Below, piece after piece: positions 37,094 to 45,059 of a stretch of 64,000 bases of DNA. The notes beneath the pieces were generated by a model that saw only the letters and a list, made by a program, of their open reading frames with translations, ran no database searches and had not been told where the DNA came from. Made by a program: the position numbers and the translations under genes. The DNA lies in NCBI GenBank assembly GCA_964540145.1, contig CAZILS010000001.1, forward strand, positions 277,540-341,539, in the 5' to 3' direction. The DNA is from an uncultured archaeon (lineage in GTDB: Archaea > Iainarchaeota > Iainarchaeia > Iainarchaeales > CAZILS01). Position 1 is the stretch's first letter. The number at the start of each line of letters is the position of its first letter.

Positions 37094-37413
37094 GCACTGG
37101 GAGATTGGTGTGCGGTAAGTGGTTGGTGGCCTGTGGAATTGTGTACTTGTTTCATCTCATCAGGTCTCCTAATTCAGCTATTTCCCTGAATTACATATTT
37201 CCATCCTGGCTTCCGTTGCTTTTTCTTTCGCCGGCCTTTTTTCTAGGGCTTATTGCCATGTTTTTCCGTTTGCTATGGCTCCCGGTGCCAGTTGTGGCGC
37301 TTGGTGCGCTACGACGGCAATTTTTTGCGAGTATATTTTCCCAGCAAGTCTTTAGGAAGTTTCTGATTCTTTTTTCCGCATCTTTTTAGCTTTCTCCGTT
37401 TGGAAATGGTTTA

Positions 37414-37605
37414 TCAATGCATTTCTGTAAAGATTGTTTTGTTTTTGAAAAGTCTTTGCCGGTTAAATCTCCGTAATTGCATTAGTTCGATTGATTGCTT
37501 TTTTCCAAGTTCTGGCAATTCTCCTTGTTGCCAGCCTGTGTCAAGCCTTTTCTCGTTGTCTATTGTTGTGCCATGAACAAAATAGGTTATCTTACTGGTT
37601 CTCAT
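37414..37605 (-). pseudogene. N-terminal fragment resembling a histidine-phosphatase (phosphoglycerate-mutase-like) family protein
   Basis: 63-aa ORF. ITYFVHGTTIDNEKRLDTGWQQGELPELGKKQ resembles the xRHGxTxxN...GW N-terminus of the family, with the Arg replaced. It is truncated after about 45 homologous residues. Confidence 0.3.
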
Positions 37606-38605
37606 TTAATCGTTTCTTCACTTTTTTCAACAGTTTTTCAATTATGAGTTTCTTGTTTTCTTTTATTACCTCTTCTATTTCTTTTGCTCTTTTTTCCAGG
37701 CAGGAAACCACAAACTTAGTGAACTTATAATACTGTTTTGATAGCTGGACTCTTTCAAGCAATACAATGTAGCTCTGCCTGTTTCCCAAATTGATTATTG
37801 CCCTTGGAAAGCCTTCTTTTTGCAGTGCCCAGTTCAGTATCTCTCTTCCTGCCCTGCCGTTTCCGTCTCTGAATGGGTGAATGTGTTCAAATCTTGCGTG
37901 GAACTCCGAAGCCAATTCAATAATATGTTTTTTACCTTTTTTGTGCCATTCAACCAGTTTTTCCATCTCTTTCTCCACGTCTTTCGCTTTAACCGGTTTT
38001 ACTTTTGACGCCTGGATGAATATCGGCCCGTCCCTGTATTCGCCTGGCTTTTTGTCCTTGAAGCCGTCCATTATCGCAGCGTGAATCTTCCTGATGCCCC
38101 TTTCGTTCATTTCTTTTATCTTACCCGAAACCTTTGCTGCTTTTTTCATGTTTTCGATTTCTTTTATTTCATCAAGTTTTTTTCCCGCTACTGATGCGCC
38201 CTTTGTCAGGACAATGTTTGCTTCCTGCAAACTCAAAGAATTCCCTTCAACCGAAGCGCTTCCCTGCGCATACCTTACAAACTCGTCTTCCTTGAATGAT
38301 TCAAATCCCTCCGGAAAAAAGTCTTTCATTATTTTAAAATCAACTTTCAGTCTTTCAAGGGCCAGCAGGTCAGAAAAGGACAAAACATTCAAATCAAATT
38401 CCTTTTGGCTTTTCTTCGCGTTCTCCAACGCCTTTTTTCTTATCAGTTCATCAAATGCGTTTTCTGTTTTTTCTTCCACTTGCGTTTTGTTGCCGAGAAA
38501 GAAACTAACCCGTTTACCATCTATTCTGTCCTCTAAGTAAAAGTAGTCTTTTCCTTTGATTTTGCGTTTTGAAACAAACATACAATATTTAACACCAGAA
38601 AACAT
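37592..38605 (-). CDS. Fic/DOC family protein (probable AMPylase) with N-terminal inhibitory helix motif
   Basis: Fic core HPFRDGNGRAGR. SASVEG matches the (S/T)xxxE(G/N) autoinhibition motif and lies upstream of the core. Confidence 0.85.
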   Translation of the reverse strand: MFSGVKYCMFVSKRKIKGKDYFYLEDRIDGKRVSFFLGNKTQVEEKTENAFDELIRKKALENAKKSQKEFDLNVLSFSDLLALERLKVDFKIMKDFFPEGFESFKEDEFVRYAQGSASVEGNSLSLQEANIVLTKGASVAGKKLDEIKEIENMKKAAKVSGKIKEMNERGIRKIHAAIMDGFKDKKPGEYRDGPIFIQASKVKPVKAKDVEKEMEKLVEWHKKGKKHIIELASEFHARFEHIHPFRDGNGRAGREILNWALQKEGFPRAIINLGNRQSYIVLLERVQLSKQYYKFTKFVVSCLEKRAKEIEEVIKENKKLIIEKLLKKVKKRLNENQ

Positions 38606-38826
38606 TAAAAAGCAACATGTTAGTCTTTATGGTGATAACTCGTTTTTTGGCTCTTTCCGCTCGGCGTGATTAGTGTAATCCCGCCTCCTCGAAGATGGAG
38701 GCGTACTTTAAAATTAATTCCCGCCTCCCAACCTCCATCTCTGATTGCAACTCCCGACATTTTCAGCCATTGCTTACCTTGAGCCAGTTAATTTGTTTTA
38801 AATATTCTTAAGGATTAGTTGTTATT

Positions 38827-39249
38827 ATGGAGAAGAAATTTTACTTGGACACTGCCATCTGGCGGGACTATTTTGAGGACCGAAAAGACGGCATCAGGCC
38901 ATTGGGGGAGTTTGCTTTTCAATTCCTGAAAAATTGCGAGAAGAAAGGCTGCCTGGTTTTGTATTCTGAGTTTGTTGTCCATGAATTGAAAAAGGATTAT
39001 TCTGATGAAAAAGTAAAGCTGGTTTTTTCTTCTTTTCAGGACTTTCTTGTTGAAGTTCCTATTTTGCCTGAACAGTATTTGGAAGCCAAGAAATTGGCGA
39101 GTCAGAAAAAGGGTTCTCACGAAACAGACATTTTACATGCTATTCTGGCAAGAGACAACAAGGCTGTTCTGGTTACGAGAGATGCTCATTTTGACTGCTT
39201 AAGAGGCCTTGTTGAAATTAGTATGCCGGAAGAAATTACTTTTGATTGA
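38827..39249 (+). CDS. PIN-domain protein (VapC-like ribonuclease toxin)
   Basis: KFYLDTAIW (first acidic residue), ETDILHA, and LVTRDAHF (last acidic residue). 140 aa. Confidence 0.7.
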   Translation: MEKKFYLDTAIWRDYFEDRKDGIRPLGEFAFQFLKNCEKKGCLVLYSEFVVHELKKDYSDEKVKLVFSSFQDFLVEVPILPEQYLEAKKLASQKKGSHETDILHAILARDNKAVLVTRDAHFDCLRGLVEISMPEEITFD

Positions 39250-39529
39250 ATCTTTTTTCCAACATTTCTATAAATTCTTGCCCTGCCTCTTCACGCAGCT
39301 TCCTGAACTCTTCATCAGTTTTTGCTTTTCCCTGGCCTTTGAATATTCCCCTTGCCGCATAAAGAGCCTGCCAGGCCTTCTTTTTTTCTCTCCGCTCTGC
39401 AAGTTGTTTTAGCTTGTCTCTAATGGACTCTCTGATAAACTCGGTTTTAGTGCTGTAACTGAATTCTTTCATGTCTTTTTCAATCTGCCTTGCGATAGCA
39501 GTATCCAGCTGAATGCTTATATGCTCCAT
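39236..39529 (-). CDS. Ribbon-helix-helix (CopG/antitoxin-like) protein
   Basis: ORF 39236..39736, trimmed to ATG 39529. MEHISIQLDTAIARQIEKDMKEFSYSTKTEFIRESIRDKL has the RHH beta-alpha-alpha pattern. Its 3' end overlaps the PIN gene 3' end by 14 nt (convergent). Confidence 0.6.
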   Translation of the reverse strand: MEHISIQLDTAIARQIEKDMKEFSYSTKTEFIRESIRDKLKQLAERREKKKAWQALYAARGIFKGQGKAKTDEEFRKLREEAGQEFIEMLEKRFNQK

Positions 39530-39587
39530 AGCATATTGTAATACATAATGCTTTTTATAAACCTTGCGTTTCAGGCATGTTCCCCGT

Positions 39588-39710
39588 CTTTCCCGGCTTT
39601 GCCATAAATAAACAACCGCCCCGGAGAATAAAAAGAAAGGGGGTTTCCCTCCCTCGGGGAGGGGGCAGGCGGTGCCTGTCATACGGTAAATTCCCGCCTC
39701 CCGGAGTTGC
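39588..39710. repeat. Direct repeat copy B (123 bp)
   Basis: See copy A. Downstream on the minus strand it starts a 16-codon mini-ORF, MAKPGKTGNMPETQGL-stop, that mimics the methyltransferase N-terminus. Confidence 0.9.
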
Positions 39711-39892
39711 ACCGGGGATCTCTCGGTGTCCGTCACGTCCGGACGGTACGGCGCCTATCTGAAGATAGGCGTAGCTCGTTCCATCCCTGATGGAACTCGC
39801 AGTTAATCGCCCGCAATTGCCGTTAGGCAATTTTCCAACAGTCTACAGCCGAGCGCTTTAGCTACTAAGCTAAGGCGGGATTAATCCCTAAT

Positions 39893-40726
39893 CTATTTTG
39901 CCCTGTTCTTGTTTAAAAGTCTATCGTAGAGCAAAGGCCACAGCAGGGTTATCCACAGGCCCCCCAGAAACGTGCTTCCAACCCTGTATTCGAGGGGCAG
40001 GGCTGTTACGAGAACAGGAGCCGCAAGCGCAACCAACCCCAAAAAACCGATACTGATTTTCTTCCAGCACCTCACAAGCGAGTTTTCCGGATGTTTCAGT
40101 TTTCCGTGGTAAAGGATATATCCCAAATAATAGCCAAGCACAACCGCGCTTAATATGGGGCTGACGAACAGCACAAAGAGCGCAAAGGGAACAAGCACAT
40201 AAATGCCGAGAAGCCTCTTCGATTTCCCATGGGCATAATGAAGGAGCCTGAAGTTTATTACCCCTATAAAATAACCAAGCAGCAAGCCGGCAATAACATC
40301 GCTGAGGAAGTGCATCCCCAAATAGAGCCGCGTGAAACCAACCACAAAAACCAATGCGAGCAAAACAATCTTTTTATTTTCCGAAAGAAAGTGGGACATG
40401 TGCCCGTATGCCGCAGCCATCAAAGTTGCGTGCCCCGAGGGAAAGGAAGCCTGCTCAAGCTCGTAGAAGGAGATTCCCCTCGGTGTTTCAGGCCTCGGCC
40501 TCCCCACAAAACCCTTCACCAGGCCGACAACAACCGAGGAAACGACAACAAAACTCATGATGAAGAACGAGTCCTTTTCCCTTCCCCTCCAGTAATAAAC
40601 CGCGGCAATCCCCGTCCAGAAGACAGGGTTCCCTATGAAGGTAAGCGCAACCATGAAAATGTCAATGAAGGGACCGGCAAAACTTTGCGCAAGCGAAACA
40701 GAGGCAAGGTCAATGCTCTCAATCAT
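39893..40726 (-). CDS. PAP2 family (type 2 phosphatidic acid / undecaprenyl-PP) phosphatase
   Basis: KxxxxxxRP (KGFVGRPRP), PSGH (FPSGHATL) and SRxxxxxHxxxD (TRLYLGMHFLSDV) motifs. Confidence 0.85.
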   Translation of the reverse strand: MIESIDLASVSLAQSFAGPFIDIFMVALTFIGNPVFWTGIAAVYYWRGREKDSFFIMSFVVVSSVVVGLVKGFVGRPRPETPRGISFYELEQASFPSGHATLMAAAYGHMSHFLSENKKIVLLALVFVVGFTRLYLGMHFLSDVIAGLLLGYFIGVINFRLLHYAHGKSKRLLGIYVLVPFALFVLFVSPILSAVVLGYYLGYILYHGKLKHPENSLVRCWKKISIGFLGLVALAAPVLVTALPLEYRVGSTFLGGLWITLLWPLLYDRLLNKNRAK

Positions 40727-41166
40727 TTATTCTTCATCCTCTTGAGGCGCTTCATCCCGGGAATCTCTATCTCCGAGTAATCGACCATAAGCCCGCTTTC
40801 CTTCAGTGCCTTCCTCGCAGCGTATGCCTTGCAAAAGCCCATAAGCTCCTTCTGCTCGTTCTTCTGGAACCTCTCAAGCTCGCATATCTCTTTTATCGCA
40901 CCGGTTACCGCCCTGCTGTTCAAGGAAGCGAGCGCCTTCGCAATCCCCGCCTCGCCCTTGCCGAAATCAATCTCATTCAAAGCAGCGTCAACCCTCCCCA
41001 AATCGACAATCTTCCTCAAATTGCCCTCGACCTTGTTGTCAATGCCCATCGTAAGGCTCGCAAGAAACTCCATAATGCTTTTCGCATCTGTCTTTTCGTC
41101 TATCTTTAGTTTCTTGACCGAAACCCAATCCGAGTAGTTTGAAATGAACTGTATCTGCTGCTCCAT
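40723..41166 (-). CDS. Hypothetical protein
   Basis: ORF 40723..41268, trimmed to ATG 41166 because the longer form runs into the tRNA gene. No family recognised. Confidence 0.5.
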   Translation of the reverse strand: MEQQIQFISNYSDWVSVKKLKIDEKTDAKSIMEFLASLTMGIDNKVEGNLRKIVDLGRVDAALNEIDFGKGEAGIAKALASLNSRAVTGAIKEICELERFQKNEQKELMGFCKAYAARKALKESGLMVDYSEIEIPGMKRLKRMKNK

Positions 41167-41221
41167 CCTATCACCCTGAATATTATATTTTCCCAGTTTA
41201 AAAGTCTTTGGGAAGCAATAG

Positions 41222-41406
41222 AGCTCCGGGCGGGATTTGAACCCGCGACCTGCGGATAGCTTTGCCATAAGCGTAAGCCGGACGGAAAGCCCCGCCTTTC
41301 AGTGCGGGGCAGGATGGTTGAGCCCAAAAGGGCGAAACCAGACCCGCGCCAGCCGCGCGTGACGGCGTACAAGTCCGCCGCAATAGCCAGGCTATGCTAC
41401 CGGAGC
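41222..41406 (-). tRNA. tRNA-Thr (UGU) with 110-nt intron at canonical position 37/38
   Basis: Exon 1 is 41406-41368 (GCTCCGG-TA-GCAT-AGCCTGGCTA-TTGC-G-GCGGA-CTTGTA). Exon 2 is 41257-41222 (A-TCCGC-AGGTC-GCGGG-TTCAAAT-CCCGC-CCGGAGC-T). The intron is 41367-41258. The discriminator U matches the other tRNA-Thr in this window. Confidence 0.8.
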
Positions 41407-41478
41407 CGCAATTGCACACTAATTGGCGGGAATAATGTTTAAATTCCCTTGCCTTTGCCCTCCGGGCAGGGCAGAACC

Positions 41479-42564
41479 CTATTCAAAGAACTTGTGGTAT
41501 GTGGTGTGCAGGAGCTTCTTCGCCTTCGCACTGCCCGGCTTCCCAAGGAAGTCCTTGTACAGCTTCTTAACCGAGGGGTTTTCCGAGGCTATCCTCTTCT
41601 TTTTCCCCTTGTCAATCCTGTACAGTGCGTCTTTCCTCTTTTCAATTATGTCAAGGGTTGTCCTCGGCTGGCCCGCGCCCCCCACACACCCGCCGAAACA
41701 CGCCATGCATTCTATGATGCCAAATTCCTTTACTCTTTCAGCGTCATTCAATAACTGCGAGGCATACCTCAACCCATTTATCACCGCAACCTTTATTTTT
41801 TCCTTTCCAATCCTGACTTCGGCCTCCTTAATCCCCTCAAGACCCCTTACCTCCCTGAACTCGATAATCCCAACCGTTTTGCCGGTTATTTTCGCGGCAA
41901 GCCTCAGCACAGTTTCAAGAACTCCGCCTGTTGCGCCGAAAATATTTGCGGAGCCTGTCGATTCCCCCAGCAGGGAATCAAATTTGCTTTCCTTAGCCTT
42001 CTTTAGGTCCAGCCCCCTTTGCTTCAGCAACCCCGCAAGCTCGACTGTTGTAAGCACCTTGTCAACGTTCCTCCTGCCTTCAACCCTTAGCTCGGGCCGC
42101 ATCGCCTCCGCCTTCTTGATTATGCACGGCATTACCGAAACAACATAAATATCCTCCGGCTTCAGCTTCTTCTTCTGCGCAAAGTATGTTTTTATCAGCG
42201 CGCCCATAACCTCCTGCGGGCTCCTGCAGCTGCAGAGGTTATCAACGTATTCGGGGTGGGTGTGTTCGATGTAACTGACAAAGCCGGGGCAGCACGATGT
42301 CATTATCGGCAGCTTCCCCCCCTTCTTTTTCCTCTCAAGGAATTCGTAGGTTTCCTCCATTGTCACTATATCCGCGCCTGTGCAGGTGTCGAAAACAGCG
42401 TCAAACCCGAGTTCCTTCAAAACCCCAACCAGTTTCCCTGTAACAATTTTTCCCGGCTTATAGCCGAACTCCTCCCCGATGGAAACCCTCATAGAGGGCG
42501 AGGTCTGCACAACAAGGAATTTCTTCTTCGAGTCAAGCTCCTCAACCACTTTTTCAAAGCCCAT
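41479..42564 (-). CDS. hydA: [FeFe]-hydrogenase catalytic subunit, H-domain only (minimal form)
   Basis: H-cluster motifs TSCCPGF (L1), VMPCIIKKAEA (L2) and ECMACFGGCVGGAGQP (L3), plus FGATGGVLE and VRGLEGIKEAEV. There are no N-terminal ferredoxin-type Cys motifs. The ORF track gives 41479..42738. I prefer ATG 42564 (361 aa) because a TATA box lies about 20 nt upstream and the longer form overlaps the divergent gene. Confidence 0.85.
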   Translation of the reverse strand: MGFEKVVEELDSKKKFLVVQTSPSMRVSIGEEFGYKPGKIVTGKLVGVLKELGFDAVFDTCTGADIVTMEETYEFLERKKKGGKLPIMTSCCPGFVSYIEHTHPEYVDNLCSCRSPQEVMGALIKTYFAQKKKLKPEDIYVVSVMPCIIKKAEAMRPELRVEGRRNVDKVLTTVELAGLLKQRGLDLKKAKESKFDSLLGESTGSANIFGATGGVLETVLRLAAKITGKTVGIIEFREVRGLEGIKEAEVRIGKEKIKVAVINGLRYASQLLNDAERVKEFGIIECMACFGGCVGGAGQPRTTLDIIEKRKDALYRIDKGKKKRIASENPSVKKLYKDFLGKPGSAKAKKLLHTTYHKFFE

Positions 42565-42606
42565 GTCCAATATATGGAAACTATTATATAAAAGATTGAC
42601 GTTATT
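42565..42606. promoter_or_regulatory. Compact bidirectional promoter with palindromic TATA element (ttatataa)
   Basis: The 42-bp gap between the divergent starts at 42564 (-) and 42607 (+) has TTATATAA centred in it, about 18 to 20 nt from each ATG. This is consistent with two leaderless archaeal transcripts. Confidence 0.5.
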
Positions 42607-43170
42607 TTGGAGATGCCGAACAAGGATTATTTTGTTTCCGTTATGGGCCACAGGCTTACCCTTGAGGACCGGTTCAAGAACGTTGAGTTTTTCATTTATT
42701 CGGCGATGGTTTTCCTCGTGCCGTTCTTTTTTGGGCACATCCAGAGCCTGCCGAACCAGTTCGTCGTGGGGAGCATAGTGAACTGCTGCCTCGCCCTTGG
42801 CGCGCTTTACCTCGGGATGCGGAAAGTCCTCCCTTTAATCGCCCTGCCGAGCATAGCGGCTTTCCTCACAGGGGTTATCTTCGGGCCGGAGAGCCTTTAC
42901 CTCCTTTATCTTATGCCGTTCATCTGGCTCGGCAATGCGATTTTCGTTTACACAATAAAGCTGCTTAAGCTCGCAAGGGGAAGCAACTATGCACTCTCCC
43001 TTGCTTGGGCAGCGGCGGGAAAGTCAATCTTTTTGCTCGCGGCAGCATTCGCCCTTGTCAGCCTTGCAATAATCCCCATACAGTTCCTCTTCGCAATGGG
43101 CCTGCTCCAGCTGGCAACCGCCCTTACAGGGGGGGCAATGGCCGGCACAATCTATGTTCTGAGGAGATAG
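42607..43170 (+). CDS. Hypothetical integral membrane protein (5-6 TM)
   Basis: 187-aa hydrophobic protein. Its stop is 1 nt before the next gene. No family firmly recognised. Confidence 0.55.
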   Translation: MEMPNKDYFVSVMGHRLTLEDRFKNVEFFIYSAMVFLVPFFFGHIQSLPNQFVVGSIVNCCLALGALYLGMRKVLPLIALPSIAAFLTGVIFGPESLYLLYLMPFIWLGNAIFVYTIKLLKLARGSNYALSLAWAAAGKSIFLLAAAFALVSLAIIPIQFLFAMGLLQLATALTGGAMAGTIYVLRR

Positions 43171-43171
43171 C

Positions 43172-43426
43172 ATGTTCCCCGATGTCATGCTTGTAATGGT
43201 AACAGACAGGAAAAAATCAGCATTGAAAATCCAGAAAGCACTTACAAAAAGCGGCTGTGCAATCCAGGCGAGAATAGGCCTGCACGAAACCACAAAAACA
43301 TGCTCGAACGCCGCGCTCATGGTACTCCAGCTTGCGGGGACAAAGGCGGAAACTGCGGAGCTGAGAAAAAACCTGAATGCCATCGCAGGGGTAAGGGCAA
43401 AGCTCTTCGACCCAAAGAAGTTCTGA
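43172..43426 (+). CDS. Small ACT/NikR-C-like protein resembling the TM1266-type putative iron-only hydrogenase system regulator
   Basis: 84 aa. VMLVMVTDRKKSALKIQKALTKSG..IQARIGLHE....AALMVLQLAGTKAETAELRKNLNAIAGVRAKLF follows the beta-alpha-beta-beta-alpha-beta pattern and the xxGRxGxP / LxxKLxxIxGVxxK positions I remember for that family. The assignment is from memory. Confidence 0.45.
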   Translation: MFPDVMLVMVTDRKKSALKIQKALTKSGCAIQARIGLHETTKTCSNAALMVLQLAGTKAETAELRKNLNAIAGVRAKLFDPKKF

Positions 43427-43437
43427 AAGTTGCTATT

Positions 43438-45036
43438 ATGATTCCCGTTGAGCTTATTTTCACGGTAATTTCCAGCCTGATACTTTTCCTTTACGGGATA
43501 GAGCACTTCAGCAGCAAGATACAGCAGATTGCGGGGGGCAATTTCAGGGCGCTTCTCGGAAGGGCAACCTCCAACAGGGTTTCAGGCGCGCTCCTTGGGG
43601 CAGCCGCAACCGCAATAACCCAGTCAAGCACCGCAATAACCGTAATTGCGGTAAGCCTTGTCAATTCAGGAACCATTTCTTTCGCCCAGAGCTTAGGGAT
43701 AATCATAGGGGCAAATATCGGAACGACAGTTACCGCGCAGCTCGTTGCGTTCAAGCTCACCGCATTCGGCCCTGTTTTCATTGCCCTCGGTTTCCTCCTC
43801 GACTTGTTTGGGGGAAAGAAATACAGGTTTCTTGGCAAGCCGATATTCTACTTCGGCCTTGTATTCTTCGCCCTCAATATGATGTCCTCCACAATAGCGC
43901 CGCTGCAGGACGACCCTTTCATAGATTCGCTTTTCGGGCACACAAGCAATGTCCTGGTTGCGCTCATTGTGGGAACACTCTTGACAGTGCTGTTCCAGTC
44001 GAGCTCTGTCACAACAGGTCTCATAGTTGTTTTTTCAATGGGCGGCTTCCTTTCAGTGGGGCAGGCCATACCCCTTCTCCTCGGCGCGAATATAGGGACA
44101 ACCGCAACCGCGTTCATAGCCTCCTCAAGGATGGGCCTTTTCGCAAGGAGGTCCGCGATGGCGCACTTCCTGTTCAATGTCGGAGCCGCCGTAATCTTCC
44201 TGCCTTTCCTCGGGGTTTTTGCCGCAGGGGTTTCCTCTTTCGGCGGGACTGTCGCGCAGCAGGTCGCAAACGCCCACCTCATATTCAATATTATTGCCGC
44301 GGTAATTTTCCTCGCTTTGATAAACCCCTTCAGGGAACTTGTGGAGAGGATAGTCGGGGGCGAGGAGAAGGAAATACTTTTCGAGGCGAAATACCTGGGC
44401 AAGGAACTCCCGAAGGGCAATGTTAAGGCGCTTTCCGCAATAGAAAAGGAACTCGGATATTCCATGGGCATAACACTCGAGCTTCTCGACGACTCGATGG
44501 ATGTGCTTGAGACAGTTTCCAAGGAACTTGAGGACAGGGTGTTGAAGCTCGAGAAACTGAACGACTACCTTGATGAGGCGGTTGGGGCCGCGATATTCCG
44601 CCTCTCAAGGAGAAAGCTGACAGAAGATGAGGCAATGCGGACAACACTCCTGATACGGATATCGAATGTGATTGAGAGAATAGGCGACAGCGGCAAGGAC
44701 ATCGCGGAGATTGCCATGGACGTTGCGGAGAACGGGAGGCCGCTGAAGCCGGAACTCGCCTCCGACTTACGGGAGTGCTACGATATGATGCGGAAAAACA
44801 TCTCGCTGCTCAAGGACAATTTCCCGAGGGCAACCGCAAAAATCGTCGATGAGATAAGGGCGAATGACAACGAGCTGCGCAGGCGCATAACGAAGCGGTA
44901 CGAGGAGCACCTTGCCAGGCTTTCCGAGGAGGGTCCGCTGTCGGACAGCACCTTCCTTGAACTGCTTTCGATTATAGAATCCTTAAACTCAAAAAACAGG
45001 GAAATAAGGAAGCTGACGGAGCAATACCCCCTATAA
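43438..45036 (+). CDS. Na+/phosphate cotransporter family protein with C-terminal PhoU-like domain
   Basis: ORF 43300..45036, trimmed to ATG 43438 (MIPVELIF...). It has duplicated TQSSTAITV / FQSSSVTTG motifs typical of NptA-type transporters and a helical PhoU-like C-terminus. Confidence 0.8.
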   Translation: MIPVELIFTVISSLILFLYGIEHFSSKIQQIAGGNFRALLGRATSNRVSGALLGAAATAITQSSTAITVIAVSLVNSGTISFAQSLGIIIGANIGTTVTAQLVAFKLTAFGPVFIALGFLLDLFGGKKYRFLGKPIFYFGLVFFALNMMSSTIAPLQDDPFIDSLFGHTSNVLVALIVGTLLTVLFQSSSVTTGLIVVFSMGGFLSVGQAIPLLLGANIGTTATAFIASSRMGLFARRSAMAHFLFNVGAAVIFLPFLGVFAAGVSSFGGTVAQQVANAHLIFNIIAAVIFLALINPFRELVERIVGGEEKEILFEAKYLGKELPKGNVKALSAIEKELGYSMGITLELLDDSMDVLETVSKELEDRVLKLEKLNDYLDEAVGAAIFRLSRRKLTEDEAMRTTLLIRISNVIERIGDSGKDIAEIAMDVAENGRPLKPELASDLRECYDMMRKNISLLKDNFPRATAKIVDEIRANDNELRRRITKRYEEHLARLSEEGPLSDSTFLELLSIIESLNSKNREIRKLTEQYPL

Positions 45037-45059
45037 AAAAAGAAAAAAGAAGCCCACGG

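Larger units (their letters stand above)
37094..39710. mobile_element. Putative integrated or remnant genomic island (Fic, PIN, RHH, gene fragment) bounded by 123-bp direct repeats
   Basis: It lies between direct repeats A and B, is visibly AT-richer than the flanks, and carries toxin-type cargo. No integrase or transposase is present. Confidence 0.45.

Noticed and set aside
37149-37163. CUGAUGAG-AU-GAAAC on the minus strand, resembling the hammerhead ribozyme core
   Set aside because: There is no room for helix II between CUGAUGA and GAAA, and no flanking helices I or III. I consider it a chance match.
39778-39796. Dyad GTTCCAT-n5-ATGGAAC resembling an archaeal origin recognition box (ORB)
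   Set aside because: It is a single copy, the spacing differs from the ORB dyad, there is no cdc6/orc1 gene nearby, and there is no AT-rich unwinding element.
42565-42738. 58-codon N-terminal extension of the hydrogenase ORF (start at 42738)
   Set aside because: It would overlap the divergent membrane-protein gene by 132 nt and read through the shared TATA element. The extension has no Cys motifs or similarity to hydrogenase accessory domains. The start remains formally ambiguous.
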